Source of the DNA: Candidatus Eremiobacteria bacterium | GTDB lineage: Bacteria; Vulcanimicrobiota; Vulcanimicrobiia; Vulcanimicrobiales; Vulcanimicrobiaceae | Assembly: GCA_963758295.1 (NCBI GenBank) | Contig: CAVWUU010000004.1 | Span: forward strand, 800,001 to 864,000 | DNA length: 64,000 nucleotides | Direction of reading: 5' to 3' | Part shown: piece after piece, positions 55,586 through 64,000 of the stretch | How the letters are laid out: each line of letters begins with the position of its first letter | Position numbering within the stretch: position 1 is the stretch's first letter | Position numbers and translations under genes: made by a program | The notes under the pieces: generated by a model | Database searches by the model: none | What the model was told of the DNA's origin: nothing | What the model saw: the letters and a program-made list of their open reading frames with translations, nothing else

Positions 55586-57121
55586 CTATTCGGCCGGTAT
55601 TGGACCGCCCAAACGCGGTTTGTTCAGTAAAAGCACGAGCGGCGCGAGCGCGATCGAGATGATCGCGACCCAGCGCGAAGTATCCGCATACGACTGCACG
55701 ATGGCTTGCGACTCGACGATGTTTTCGAGTTGCACGAGCGCGTTCGTGTCGCGTTCGCCGCCGTTCTGCCGCAGATAGTTCGCCGTCGGCTGGTCGTGCA
55801 AAGTGATCGCAGAGGCAAGCTGCGTCTGGTGAGACGTCGTGCCGCGCACAAGGAGCGTTACGAGTATCGCGGTTGCGATGCTTCCGCCAACTTGTCTCGA
55901 CAGATTGAAGAATGCCGACGTCGCGGGGACTTCTTTATCGGGCACGCCGCCGAGCACGGCAATGGATAGCGGCACGAATATCTGCGAGAGCCCGATCCCG
56001 CTGATGATTAACGAAAGAATGAACGTTCCGAACTGCGACTGCGGCGTCGTGACGCCGGCGAGAATCCAATTCGACACGCCGAGCAAAACGAACCCGAGCG
56101 CGGTGGAAATCCGCACGTCGATAATGCCCCGGCCCGCAAGAGCCGCCGTAAGGGGCGTGAAAACCATCACCGCCGCAGCGCGAACGAGAATCGTCAGTCC
56201 CGAAAGCGTCGCGGTAAATCCTAGCGAATTCTGCAGATATTGCGGAAGCACTAAGATCGATCCGTACAAGCTCACGCCTAGCACGGCTCCGAGCAGACTT
56301 CCAGCGGCGACTTGACGCAGCCGAAGCACGTGCAGGTCCACAACCGGAATACCGCTGCGAAGCGTCCACCAGACGAAGCCGGCAATACCGGCAATAGCCA
56401 TCGCCGCGAACAGCCTGATGTTCGGATCGCTGAACCAGTCGTATTGCTGTCCTTGATCCAGCACGTACTGCATTGAACCGAGGCCCGCGGCCAGCAAGGC
56501 CAATCCGACCCAGTCGAGTTTCTTGCGCTCGGGCTCCGACGGATTCCGAAGATACATCCAGATCAACGCGCCCGCGAGAATTCCGACCGGCAGATTGATG
56601 TAGAACGCCCAACGCCACGTGAGATTGTCGGTGATCCAGCCCCCAAGCACCGGCCCAAGCGCCGGTCCGACGATCACGCCCATCGCGAAGATACCTTGCG
56701 CTTTGCCTTGCTCTTCCAGCCTGTACGTGTCGCGAAGGATCGCCTGCGACGTCGAGATAAGACCGCCTCCGCCGATGCCCTGAATGATTCGCCAGAACAC
56801 GAGCTGGCCGAAGCTCCCGGCGAATCCGCACATAAGCGAAGCAATCGTGAACAGGACGATCGAAGCGAAGAAGTATTGCCGTCGTCCGAATCGCGCGGCG
56901 AGCCACGGCGTGATCGGGATTACCACCACGTTCGCGATGATGTATCCCGTCACGACCCAGGCGCCCTGATCTACCGAGACGCCGAAATTGCCCTGAATAT
57001 TGGGAAGCGCGACGTTAACGATCGTGGTATCGATGATTTCGAGGAGGGTCGCGGCGATCACCGCGACGCTCACGATGACCCTACGCAGGCCGTATTCGAC
57101 CACGTTTACCGGTTGTTTCAT
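55586..57121 (-). CDS. DHA2 family (EmrB) MFS efflux permease
   Basis: DTTIVNVALPNIQG, RFGRR, WRIIQGIGGG, GPVLGGWITDNLTWRWAFYINLPVG. Confidence 0.93.
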   Translation of the reverse strand: MKQPVNVVEYGLRRVIVSVAVIAATLLEIIDTTIVNVALPNIQGNFGVSVDQGAWVVTGYIIANVVVIPITPWLAARFGRRQYFFASIVLFTIASLMCGFAGSFGQLVFWRIIQGIGGGGLISTSQAILRDTYRLEEQGKAQGIFAMGVIVGPALGPVLGGWITDNLTWRWAFYINLPVGILAGALIWMYLRNPSEPERKKLDWVGLALLAAGLGSMQYVLDQGQQYDWFSDPNIRLFAAMAIAGIAGFVWWTLRSGIPVVDLHVLRLRQVAAGSLLGAVLGVSLYGSILVLPQYLQNSLGFTATLSGLTILVRAAAVMVFTPLTAALAGRGIIDVRISTALGFVLLGVSNWILAGVTTPQSQFGTFILSLIISGIGLSQIFVPLSIAVLGGVPDKEVPATSAFFNLSRQVGGSIATAILVTLLVRGTTSHQTQLASAITLHDQPTANYLRQNGGERDTNALVQLENIVESQAIVQSYADTSRWVAIISIALAPLVLLLNKPRLGGPIPAE

Positions 57122-57142
57122 CGGACCAAAGTTCGCTTTGCT

Positions 57143-58405
57143 CTAACGAACCTTCACGTACGTTTCAACGCTCATGCCGGGACGAAGCGGCATGTCCGAT
57201 GGCATTTCGTCGATCGATATGCGTACCGGAATGCGCTGCGTGACCTTCACGAAGTTGCCCGTCGCGTTTTGCGAGGGAACGAGCGCGTACGTGTTTTGCG
57301 ACGCCGGATTGATTGAAATCACGTGGCCCTGAAACGTGTGGCCCTTATAGGCGTCGACTTTGATATCCGCAGGCTGGCCGACTCGCATGTCGCCCATCTG
57401 TGTTTCTTTGTAGTTCGCCGTTATGTAGATCTTGTGCGGGCCCGTTGGAATCAGCGTAAGCAGCGTTATACCGGCTTGCACCGTTTGTCCGACTTCCGCA
57501 CTCTTTTCGCCGACATAGCCGTCGATGGGCGAGTAGATGCGTGTGTATCCGAGATTTTGCTTCGCAATGGCCAGCTGCGCTTTCGCGGCTTCCACTTGGC
57601 TCGGATCCGAGGCTTGCTGCAGCTTGCCTTGCGCTGTCGTCACGCCGCCCTGCGCTGCGGCTACCGCCGCTTGAGCGGCGCCGACTTTCTGCTGCGACGC
57701 GTTCAGATTCGCGGCAGCGACGTTCACGTTGTCTTGCGCGCTGCGGAGCTGCGCTGAAGCCGCGGCTTCGTTCGCGCGTGCTGCATCGAGTTGCTGGCGC
57801 GGCACGTCGCCGGTCGATACGAGCGAAGCCGTGCGGCCGTAATCCGCTGCGGCGCGATCGTACGCGGCCTGCGCGGCCGGAAGCTGCGCCTGCGCAGAGC
57901 GAAGCTGCGCATCGGCTTGAGACACCCCTGATTGCGCGACCGGCACCTGCGCCGCCGCATTAACCGTGTTGGCCTGCGCTTGCGTTACGCCGCCCTGGCC
58001 TTGCGTCGTCGATGTGCGCTGGTTCGCGACCGCGAGATCGTACTGCGCTTGCGCTTGCCGCACTTGCGCCTGTTCCACTTCGTTGTCCAGAACGACGAGC
58101 AGTTGGCCCTTCTTCACGGGCTGGTTCGTATCGACGAGAATCTGGTCGATGCGCTCGTTGATCTTGCTCGTAGTGGCAACGGCATCGGCGTCAACGCGGG
58201 CGTCGTCGGTTCCTTCGTGTACGCGAGCATACGCGAACCACTTGATGCCCCAGACGATCAAAAAAATCGCGACGATCGCGCCGATGACACCAAAGATTAT
58301 GCGCTTGCGGGGACCCGTGCGCTCTTCTTCTACGATGACCGGTTCGGTACGACCGTTCTTATGCGTGGGCGCTGACGTCTTTTGTTCAGCCTCGCGCGTA
58401 TCCAT
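57143..58405 (-). CDS. HlyD/EmrA family membrane fusion protein
   Basis: TDDARV, long coiled coil, IYSPIDG, ANYKETQ, NATGNFVKVTQRIPVRI. Confidence 0.93.
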   Translation of the reverse strand: MDTREAEQKTSAPTHKNGRTEPVIVEEERTGPRKRIIFGVIGAIVAIFLIVWGIKWFAYARVHEGTDDARVDADAVATTSKINERIDQILVDTNQPVKKGQLLVVLDNEVEQAQVRQAQAQYDLAVANQRTSTTQGQGGVTQAQANTVNAAAQVPVAQSGVSQADAQLRSAQAQLPAAQAAYDRAAADYGRTASLVSTGDVPRQQLDAARANEAAASAQLRSAQDNVNVAAANLNASQQKVGAAQAAVAAAQGGVTTAQGKLQQASDPSQVEAAKAQLAIAKQNLGYTRIYSPIDGYVGEKSAEVGQTVQAGITLLTLIPTGPHKIYITANYKETQMGDMRVGQPADIKVDAYKGHTFQGHVISINPASQNTYALVPSQNATGNFVKVTQRIPVRISIDEMPSDMPLRPGMSVETYVKVR

Positions 58406-59020
58406 TTACTTGCTCCTTACGCCGTTGAGAAATACGTCGATGAAATAGTGAAGCGCATACTCCGAATCTACGAAGATGCGGCTTTCCGGAAATTTCTCTT
58501 TCGCAATGATCCGCGAGAAAATCATCCCCATAAAAATTGATGCAAGCTCATCGGGCTCACCCTTGAGCGATCCCGACGCCACTTGGGCTGCCATGTACTC
58601 GGTAATGATCGAGCGAATGGCTGTTTGCGGGCGCCACGCTTCTTGCGCGAAAACACTTTGTTCGTAGTCGCTTTCCACGAGCGACCAGCGGATCATGTCG
58701 ATCATCGATTCCATGCGATCGGTCATTGCACGCGCGATTTGGTACAAATCGCCTTCGATGGGACCATGCAACGTCGAAACGACGTCGCGCAACGCGCCAT
58801 CTCCGCACGAATGCTTGGCAACCGCGATGATGAGCGATTCTTTGGTTCCGAAGTGCCGGAAGAGGGTTGCCTCGTTGACGCCGGCGACGTCGGCAATCTC
58901 ACGGGTCGTTGCGCCGCGTTTGCCTTTGCGGGCAATCACCTCGCGAGCTGCGTTGATGATGCGCAGACGTGTGTCTTCGGGGCTTGCGGTTTTAGCTACG
59001 TCGGGCTTTGGATCGATCAT
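58406..59020 (-). CDS. TetR/AcrR family transcriptional regulator
   Basis: TRLRIINAAREVIARKGKRGATTREIADVAGVNEATLFRHFGTKESL helix-turn-helix; ATGA overlap with the upstream gene. Confidence 0.93.
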   Translation of the reverse strand: MIDPKPDVAKTASPEDTRLRIINAAREVIARKGKRGATTREIADVAGVNEATLFRHFGTKESLIIAVAKHSCGDGALRDVVSTLHGPIEGDLYQIARAMTDRMESMIDMIRWSLVESDYEQSVFAQEAWRPQTAIRSIITEYMAAQVASGSLKGEPDELASIFMGMIFSRIIAKEKFPESRIFVDSEYALHYFIDVFLNGVRSK

Positions 59021-59667
59021 TTTTTCGTGAACACCGAGTCGTCGACCGCTACGTTTGTTTGATAGGCTCCGTACTGCGAATCCGCGACTGCATGAATGTG
59101 AGGAATATCTATGTCGGCATGTTGCTGCGAGAGCACGCTGAACGGACCTTCGCTGCGATACCATTGGCGCATCACGATAGTGCCGCCGCTCGTGTAGTGC
59201 CATTCCATCCGCCACAGCTCGAAACTCTGGGGATCTACGTATGCGACGGTGTGGTCCAGAATCGTGCTGTGAATCTTCTTCGTCATCGTGAGCACGAGCA
59301 TGGGACGGCCGTCGAGCTGCTGAGTTCCGTTGAACGTGACGTTCTCGTCCTTTTCCCACGAAAGCGGGTCGCCCACGTCGTTGAACAGCTTTTCGAAGCC
59401 CTTCGCGTAGCTCGGCACTTTCGTGAAGACCACTTCGTAATTACTCGGACGCTTGAAGTACGACGTGCCCTCGAGCTTCGGCGAGAGGAACGGGAAGTTC
59501 AGCATGTGCACGTCGACGTGAACCGAGGCGCGATAGGACGAAAGCGACGGGTTGCGGTCGGCCATTTTCACGATAATGGAATGCGAGTCGAGGGCGGTCG
59601 ACTCGGCATGCGCCGGGACGAACGAGATCGCCGCCGCAGCAAAAAGAGCAACCAGGACTTGCCTCAT
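59017..59667 (-). CDS. secreted LolA-like (lipoprotein carrier/sorting fold) protein
   Basis: Signal peptide ending AHA, GTSYFKRPS, AYVDPQSFELWRMEW, and C-terminal YQTNVAVDDSVF typical of the LolA-like fold. Confidence 0.7.
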   Translation of the reverse strand: MRQVLVALFAAAAISFVPAHAESTALDSHSIIVKMADRNPSLSSYRASVHVDVHMLNFPFLSPKLEGTSYFKRPSNYEVVFTKVPSYAKGFEKLFNDVGDPLSWEKDENVTFNGTQQLDGRPMLVLTMTKKIHSTILDHTVAYVDPQSFELWRMEWHYTSGGTIVMRQWYRSEGPFSVLSQQHADIDIPHIHAVADSQYGAYQTNVAVDDSVFTKK

Positions 59668-59951
59668 CAGGCAGCCACCTCCGTTTTTACAAGCGGAAAG
59701 AGCCGGTCAAGCGCCATGACCTGCAACGACCGGATGATATCCGGGCGGGTGACTTGCAACGCGAGCTCGCCGCCGATTTCGCGGGAGCGCCGCAGCAAAA
59801 GAATAAGTCCGCGAACGCCTTCACTATCGAGGCGCTCGAGCGGGTCAAGGTTCAGGACGACGCGCGGTGCGCCGGCCTCGAAGGCCGACATCACGGCCGC
59901 CTGGACGGCGGGCAACCGGTCGGGCCGGTATTCAAACAAAAGTGATTTCAT
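59667..59951 (-). CDS. STAS domain protein (anti-anti-sigma factor-like)
   Basis: RVVLNLDPLERLDSEGVRGLI...GGELAL...IRSLQVMALDRLF with the conserved DS phosphosite motif. Confidence 0.8.
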   Translation of the reverse strand: MKSLLFEYRPDRLPAVQAAVMSAFEAGAPRVVLNLDPLERLDSEGVRGLILLLRRSREIGGELALQVTRPDIIRSLQVMALDRLFPLVKTEVAA

Positions 59952-59976
59952 TGGAGATGCGATCCCTTGGCATTGC

Positions 59977-60041
59977 GCAAGTGTGTACTTGCATGCACCA
60001 CTATAGCACTGGAGTCAGGCGCGTGCAAGTACATACTTGCA
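59977..60041 (-). promoter_or_regulatory. sigma70 promoter flanked by two palindromic operators (probable TetR sites)
   Basis: Minus strand TTGCAC (60028-60023), 17-nt spacer, TATAGT (60005-60000). Palindromes GCAAGTGTGTACTTGC (59977-59992) and TGCAAGTACATACTTGCA (60024-60041). Confidence 0.8.
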
Positions 60042-60075
60042 GGAATACGATAGGCAAAACCGCACCGGTCGCGCG

Positions 60076-60879
60076 ATGGATTCAATGCCTGGAAATGGCC
60101 GGCTGGCCGCGCTCGCGCAAGGAGCGGGCCTCGAGCCGGCGGCGATACTGGTGGAAGGGTTCCACGAGGACGGGGCCCCCATGCCGGAAGCGGCCGTGAA
60201 CGCGGATCGCGATCTTTATCCGGCATCGATGATAAAGACGCCGCTGGTCGTGGCTGCCCTCACCGATGTGGCCGACGGCCGCCTCCAGCTCGACGGCCGC
60301 CATGAAGTCACCGCGGCGAACATGACGTTCAACGATGCGCCCTCGCCCCTTCATCCCGGCGTGAAGGCGCGGCTGGATGAGTTGTGCGATCTGGCGATCT
60401 CGCGCTCGGACAACGTCGCGACCAACATGCTCTTCGACATCGTGGGGCGCGAGCGTGCAACCGCGATCGTTCGCGGGCGGTACGGGCTCACGAAAACCTC
60501 TTTTCATCGAAAGCTCTCGGGCAGCGACCCGCTCATCGCCGACGCCGGCTGGGACGGAACGTCGCGGAACTCGCACCCCGCTTCCGATGCGGCAAAGCTC
60601 TTCGCGTTAATCGCGCTCGACCGCGTTGCGCGCAGCGAGGTCGTTCGCGGCGCTCTCGTGCGGCAGTATTGGAACGACAAGCTGAGCAAAGGCTTGCGCG
60701 ATGGCGACCGCTTCGCCCACAAAACGGGCGATACGAACGACGTTACGCATGACGGCGGCATTCTTACCACACGCGAAGGACGCACGTACGTCGTCGTCGT
60801 TTACACCGGGCTTGCCAGCACGGATGCAAACAATGCCCGGTTCGGCCCGTTCATGGAAGCGTTGAGAGCTTCGCTGTGA
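60076..60879 (+). CDS. serine hydrolase, class A beta-lactamase-like fold
   Basis: ASMIK (SxxK), SDN and HKTG motifs; no clear signal peptide; start uncertain. Confidence 0.85.
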   Translation: MDSMPGNGRLAALAQGAGLEPAAILVEGFHEDGAPMPEAAVNADRDLYPASMIKTPLVVAALTDVADGRLQLDGRHEVTAANMTFNDAPSPLHPGVKARLDELCDLAISRSDNVATNMLFDIVGRERATAIVRGRYGLTKTSFHRKLSGSDPLIADAGWDGTSRNSHPASDAAKLFALIALDRVARSEVVRGALVRQYWNDKLSKGLRDGDRFAHKTGDTNDVTHDGGILTTREGRTYVVVVYTGLASTDANNARFGPFMEALRASL

Positions 60880-61694
60880 GGATGAATGTTGTGGAAACCG
60901 TAGCAACTTTTCGCGCACTGCATGCCGGATCGCGCCTTCTGCTTTTACCGAACGCATGGGACGGCGCAACTGCAGCGCTTTTTCGCGCGGCCGGTGCGCC
61001 CGCAATCGCAACGACCAGCGCTGGCTTGGCGTGGGCGTGCGGATACGGTGACGGCGATAAACTGCCGCGAGAAAGCCTGTTGTTTGCCGTGCGATCCATT
61101 TGCCGCGTTGCCGGCGACGTTCCCGTAACGGCCGACATCGAAGACGGCTACTCCGGCGACCCGGAAGAAGTAGCGCGCCTTGCGGCCGATTTGCGAGCTG
61201 CCGGCGTGTCCGGAATTAATTTGGAAGACGGCACGGCGCTGCCGGAATTGCACGTGGCAAAAATCGAGGCCATCAAGCGCGCGTTGCGCGAACGTGGCGA
61301 AGACCTTTTCATCAACGCGCGCACGGACGTCTACTTGCGCGAACTGGCGGAGGGCGACGACGCCGTTCGAGAAACGATCGCGCGCGGAAAACAGTATATG
61401 GCAGCCGGGGCCGACGGCTTCTTCGTGCCCGAGTTGGATGGGAGCAAAGCAATTCGCGAAATTGCCTCAGCGGTATCGCTGCCCCTAAATCTTATGGCCG
61501 TTCCCGATTTGCCGTCCGTTGACGAACTTTACTCACTTGGCGTCCGGCGCCTCAGCGCGGGCGCGGCCATCTCCAAGGTAGCATACGCAACCGCCGAAGG
61601 ATTGGCGGAGGCGTTCATGCGCGAAGGCAGCAACGTGCTGTTCTCGGAACCGTCGGTCGACTACCGGCGCATGAACGCTCTGCTCGACGTCTAG
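60876..61694 (+). CDS. isocitrate lyase/PEP mutase family protein
   Basis: LPNAWDG, ATTSAG, DIEDGY, GINLEDG, INARTD, GADGFFVP. Confidence 0.9.
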   Translation: MRMNVVETVATFRALHAGSRLLLLPNAWDGATAALFRAAGAPAIATTSAGLAWACGYGDGDKLPRESLLFAVRSICRVAGDVPVTADIEDGYSGDPEEVARLAADLRAAGVSGINLEDGTALPELHVAKIEAIKRALRERGEDLFINARTDVYLRELAEGDDAVRETIARGKQYMAAGADGFFVPELDGSKAIREIASAVSLPLNLMAVPDLPSVDELYSLGVRRLSAGAAISKVAYATAEGLAEAFMREGSNVLFSEPSVDYRRMNALLDV

Positions 61695-62111
61695 CTACGT
61701 ACCGCTTCCGTTTTCATCGGAAGATTTCATAGCGTGCGCGCCGGCGCGATGGAACCCTTGCGCCTTGGCGGTCGATGGACACATGTACGCGCCGTGTTTG
61801 GTGCGGCCGTAATAGGGATCGCTCGGGAGGTGGTACACGTGAGTCTTTTCGTTTACCCACACGGGCTGTACGGCTCCGCATTGGACGGCCGGCGGAATCG
61901 TTGCGAACGTCCCGGGGGCCATGGCATTGCCGCGCTTATCATGCCCGCCCATGGGAACGGCTGCGCCGCTATTGTCCAGTGGGCCGGCCGAGGCGTTCGT
62001 CATAACGCCGCTGGTCTGCGAGTTCGCCTTCGAACTGTCGCCGCTGCTGTGGCCGCAAGCCGCTAGAGCCGCGACGAGGAGTCCCGCGAGCAGAGTCTTA
62101 CCGAATGACAC
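61695..62111 (-). CDS. hypothetical lipoprotein
   Basis: Lipobox LAAC and C-terminal VWVNEKTHVYHLPSDPYYGRTKHGAYMC domain; the AAGGAG RBS favours GTG 62111. Confidence 0.7.
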   Translation of the reverse strand: MSFGKTLLAGLLVAALAACGHSSGDSSKANSQTSGVMTNASAGPLDNSGAAVPMGGHDKRGNAMAPGTFATIPPAVQCGAVQPVWVNEKTHVYHLPSDPYYGRTKHGAYMCPSTAKAQGFHRAGAHAMKSSDENGSGT

Positions 62112-63390
62112 GATTCGCAATCTCCTTTAGTTTTACGTTTGCGTGGTTGGCGAGAGCCGACCGTTCGCCGGTGTAAACCCGGGAGCCGCCCACAAACGCC
62201 GCTTGAACCCAAGAGTTTTCCCCGCGATACACGACTCCATTCACGGCCGGCGTCCACGGGTCGATTTCCGAGGCATCGAGCACGAGGTAATCGGCCGCAA
62301 GCCCCGGCGCAAAATCGCCGGCCGCAACGTTCAGAGCGCGCGCGCCTTGCGCCGTGCCGAGATCGAAGGCGGCGCGAGCGCCAAGCGCGCTGCCGTCGAG
62401 CGTACGGATCTTCTGCAGAAGCGTCGCAGCGCGCATCTCTTCGATCAACGACGGCTTAACGTCGGCGTCCGTTCCTAAACCCATCGTCACGCCGAGAGCC
62501 TGCAATCCCGTAACATCGCAAATTCCGTCGCCCAAGTATTGATTGGTCATCGGATTGTGCACGACACGCCCGCCGCGCCTCGCCAGCAGCTGTTTCTCTT
62601 CGTCTGTGATATAGATCGCATGAATGGCTATCGTGCGTTCGTTCAGGGCACCGAGACGCTCGAGCAGCTCGATGGGCGTTGCGCCAAACCGTTCGAGCGT
62701 TTCGCGGCCTTCGTACTGCGCTTCGGCTACGTGCACGTGCATCATGCAATCGTTCGCTTTCGCATACTGCGCGGCGGCACGAATCATATCGTGCGACGCG
62801 GCGTGAAGGGAATGCGGCGCAACGCAAACATTCGCCCAGGGATATTTGCTGCGAAGCTCGCTGGTTCGCGCGGCCGCCTCATCGATCGGTTCGCGAAACG
62901 CGCTCGGCGCATAATCCGCGTCCATCCACGTGCGCGCGAAGACAAGCCGGATTCCCGTTTCCGCCGCGGCTGCAATTGCCGCTTCAGCGTGTTCGTTGCC
63001 GGCGCCGTTTAGATAGAAGAACTCGGCAACAGTCGTGATACCGGCATGAAGCATCTCCGAAAATGCCGCGATGAATATCCAGCGGATATCGTCAGGCGTG
63101 AGCTGCGGAATGACTTTATATAACGCCTCGCTGCGCCACTGCGCAAACGTCAGATCGTCCGCCCACCCGCGCAAGAGGATTTGATAGGCGTGGCTATGTC
63201 CGTTGATAAGTCCGGGGACGACAAGCCGGTCTTCCGGGAACGAACGAGCTTGGAGCTGCGGATGCTTCGATTGAATTTCTTTGAAGTCGCCCGCTTCGAC
63301 AACGATCCCGCCGCGGATCGCAAAAGCGAAATCCCGTCGTTCTTCACCGCCGGCGATCGCTCGGGCGCAACGGACCAGCTCATTTACCAT
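62098..63390 (-). CDS. amidohydrolase, formimidoylglutamate deiminase (HutF)-like
   Basis: PGLINGHSHAYQ, GITTVAEFFY, APHSLHA, HVHVAE, LGTD; immediately downstream of hutI. Confidence 0.75.
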   Translation of the reverse strand: MVNELVRCARAIAGGEERRDFAFAIRGGIVVEAGDFKEIQSKHPQLQARSFPEDRLVVPGLINGHSHAYQILLRGWADDLTFAQWRSEALYKVIPQLTPDDIRWIFIAAFSEMLHAGITTVAEFFYLNGAGNEHAEAAIAAAAETGIRLVFARTWMDADYAPSAFREPIDEAAARTSELRSKYPWANVCVAPHSLHAASHDMIRAAAQYAKANDCMMHVHVAEAQYEGRETLERFGATPIELLERLGALNERTIAIHAIYITDEEKQLLARRGGRVVHNPMTNQYLGDGICDVTGLQALGVTMGLGTDADVKPSLIEEMRAATLLQKIRTLDGSALGARAAFDLGTAQGARALNVAAGDFAPGLAADYLVLDASEIDPWTPAVNGVVYRGENSWVQAAFVGGSRVYTGERSALANHANVKLKEIANRVIR

Positions 63391-64000
63391 AGCGCACTCC
63401 CCTGTGCACGACGGCGGCTGCTAGATTTCCGCCGTGCTGCCATCCAAATTCGTCGGGCGCTTCGATTTGCAAAACGACGAAGTCGGCCGTCGCTCCGGCG
63501 CGAAGTGTGCCGGCGTCGACACGCAGCGAATGCGCGGCGGCGCGCGTAACGCCGTACAGCGACTCCGCCGCGTTCAAGCCAAAGAGCTTGCGTCCGAAAT
63601 ATGCCACCGTTTGCAGATTGAAGCACGGCGACGTACCTGGATTAAAATCGCTTGCGAGCGCGACCTGGCCGCCGCGTTCGAGCAACGAGCGAACGGGAGC
63701 GCGCTGCGGCAAGTCGAGATAAGCAATCGTCGCCGGACAGGCGACGGTAACAATGCCGGCGCCGGCCACCGCCGCGACGTCTTCTTCGCGAATGTAGTTG
63801 CAGTGGTCGACGGCATCGACGCCTAAACCGGCCGCCATCCCGGCCGCGCCGCCGAATTGCATTTCATCGCAGTGGACGCGCAGCCGCATGCCGGCGGCGC
63901 GAGCGGCTTTCAAATACCGCTGCGTTTCTTGCGGCGAAAAGAATCCGGGTTCGCAGAACGCGTCGGCGTACTTCGCGCCGTGCGCGTGCGCTACCGGAAT
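63380..64000 (-). CDS. hutI: imidazolonepropionase (5' part beyond window)
   Basis: DAFCEPGFFS, VHCDE, VDH, ALASDFNPGTSP, GATADF; frame open to the window edge. Confidence 0.88.
   Translation of the reverse strand: MPVAHAHGAKYADAFCEPGFFSPQETQRYLKAARAAGMRLRVHCDEMQFGGAAGMAAGLGVDAVDHCNYIREEDVAAVAGAGIVTVACPATIAYLDLPQRAPVRSLLERGGQVALASDFNPGTSPCFNLQTVAYFGRKLFGLNAAESLYGVTRAAAHSLRVDAGTLRAGATADFVVLQIEAPDEFGWQHGGNLAAAVVHRGVRYGK

Noticed and set aside
60076..60879. Bona fide antibiotic-resistance beta-lactamase
   Set aside because: SxxK, SDN and KTG are present, but there is no clear signal peptide or recognisable omega-loop ExxLN motif; called only as a serine hydrolase.

Overview
High-GC bacterial chromosomal window, mostly housekeeping. 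A diderm envelope is implied by TolC and LolA-like genes, yet the gene order is Firmicute-like: yacL-ispD-ispF-[gltX position]-cysE-cysS-rlmB-sigH, rpe..rpmB-fakA-plsX-degV and cmk-plsC-ispH. That mix suggests a Terrabacteria lineage such as Eremiobacterota/Vulcanimicrobiota (inference only). Other blocks are an accessory patch at 1-8.4 kb with a tRNA and two gene remnants, radA-ftcD-M16 peptidase-SSADH, a complete pentose-phosphate operon (tkt, tal-pgi, gnd, zwf, opcA, pgl), a STAS-LolA-TetR-EmrAB-TolC operon with a clear promoter and twin operators, and part of a hut operon. No transposase, integrase or CRISPR array was seen. The most unusual observations are: (1) a 128-bp structured tandem repeat that duplicates the cysS/rlmB overlap and encodes a relay of translationally coupled 48-aa mini-ORFs (MIRU-like); (2) a stand-alone GluRS anticodon-binding-domain-like protein exactly where gltX normally sits; (3) IspD fused to an EF-G domain V-like module; (4) a tRNA-Thr(UGU) with class II (long variable arm) architecture. 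About nine apparent single-base frameshifts in otherwise intact genes are most likely assembly errors. All family calls come from motif recognition by eye, not database searches.
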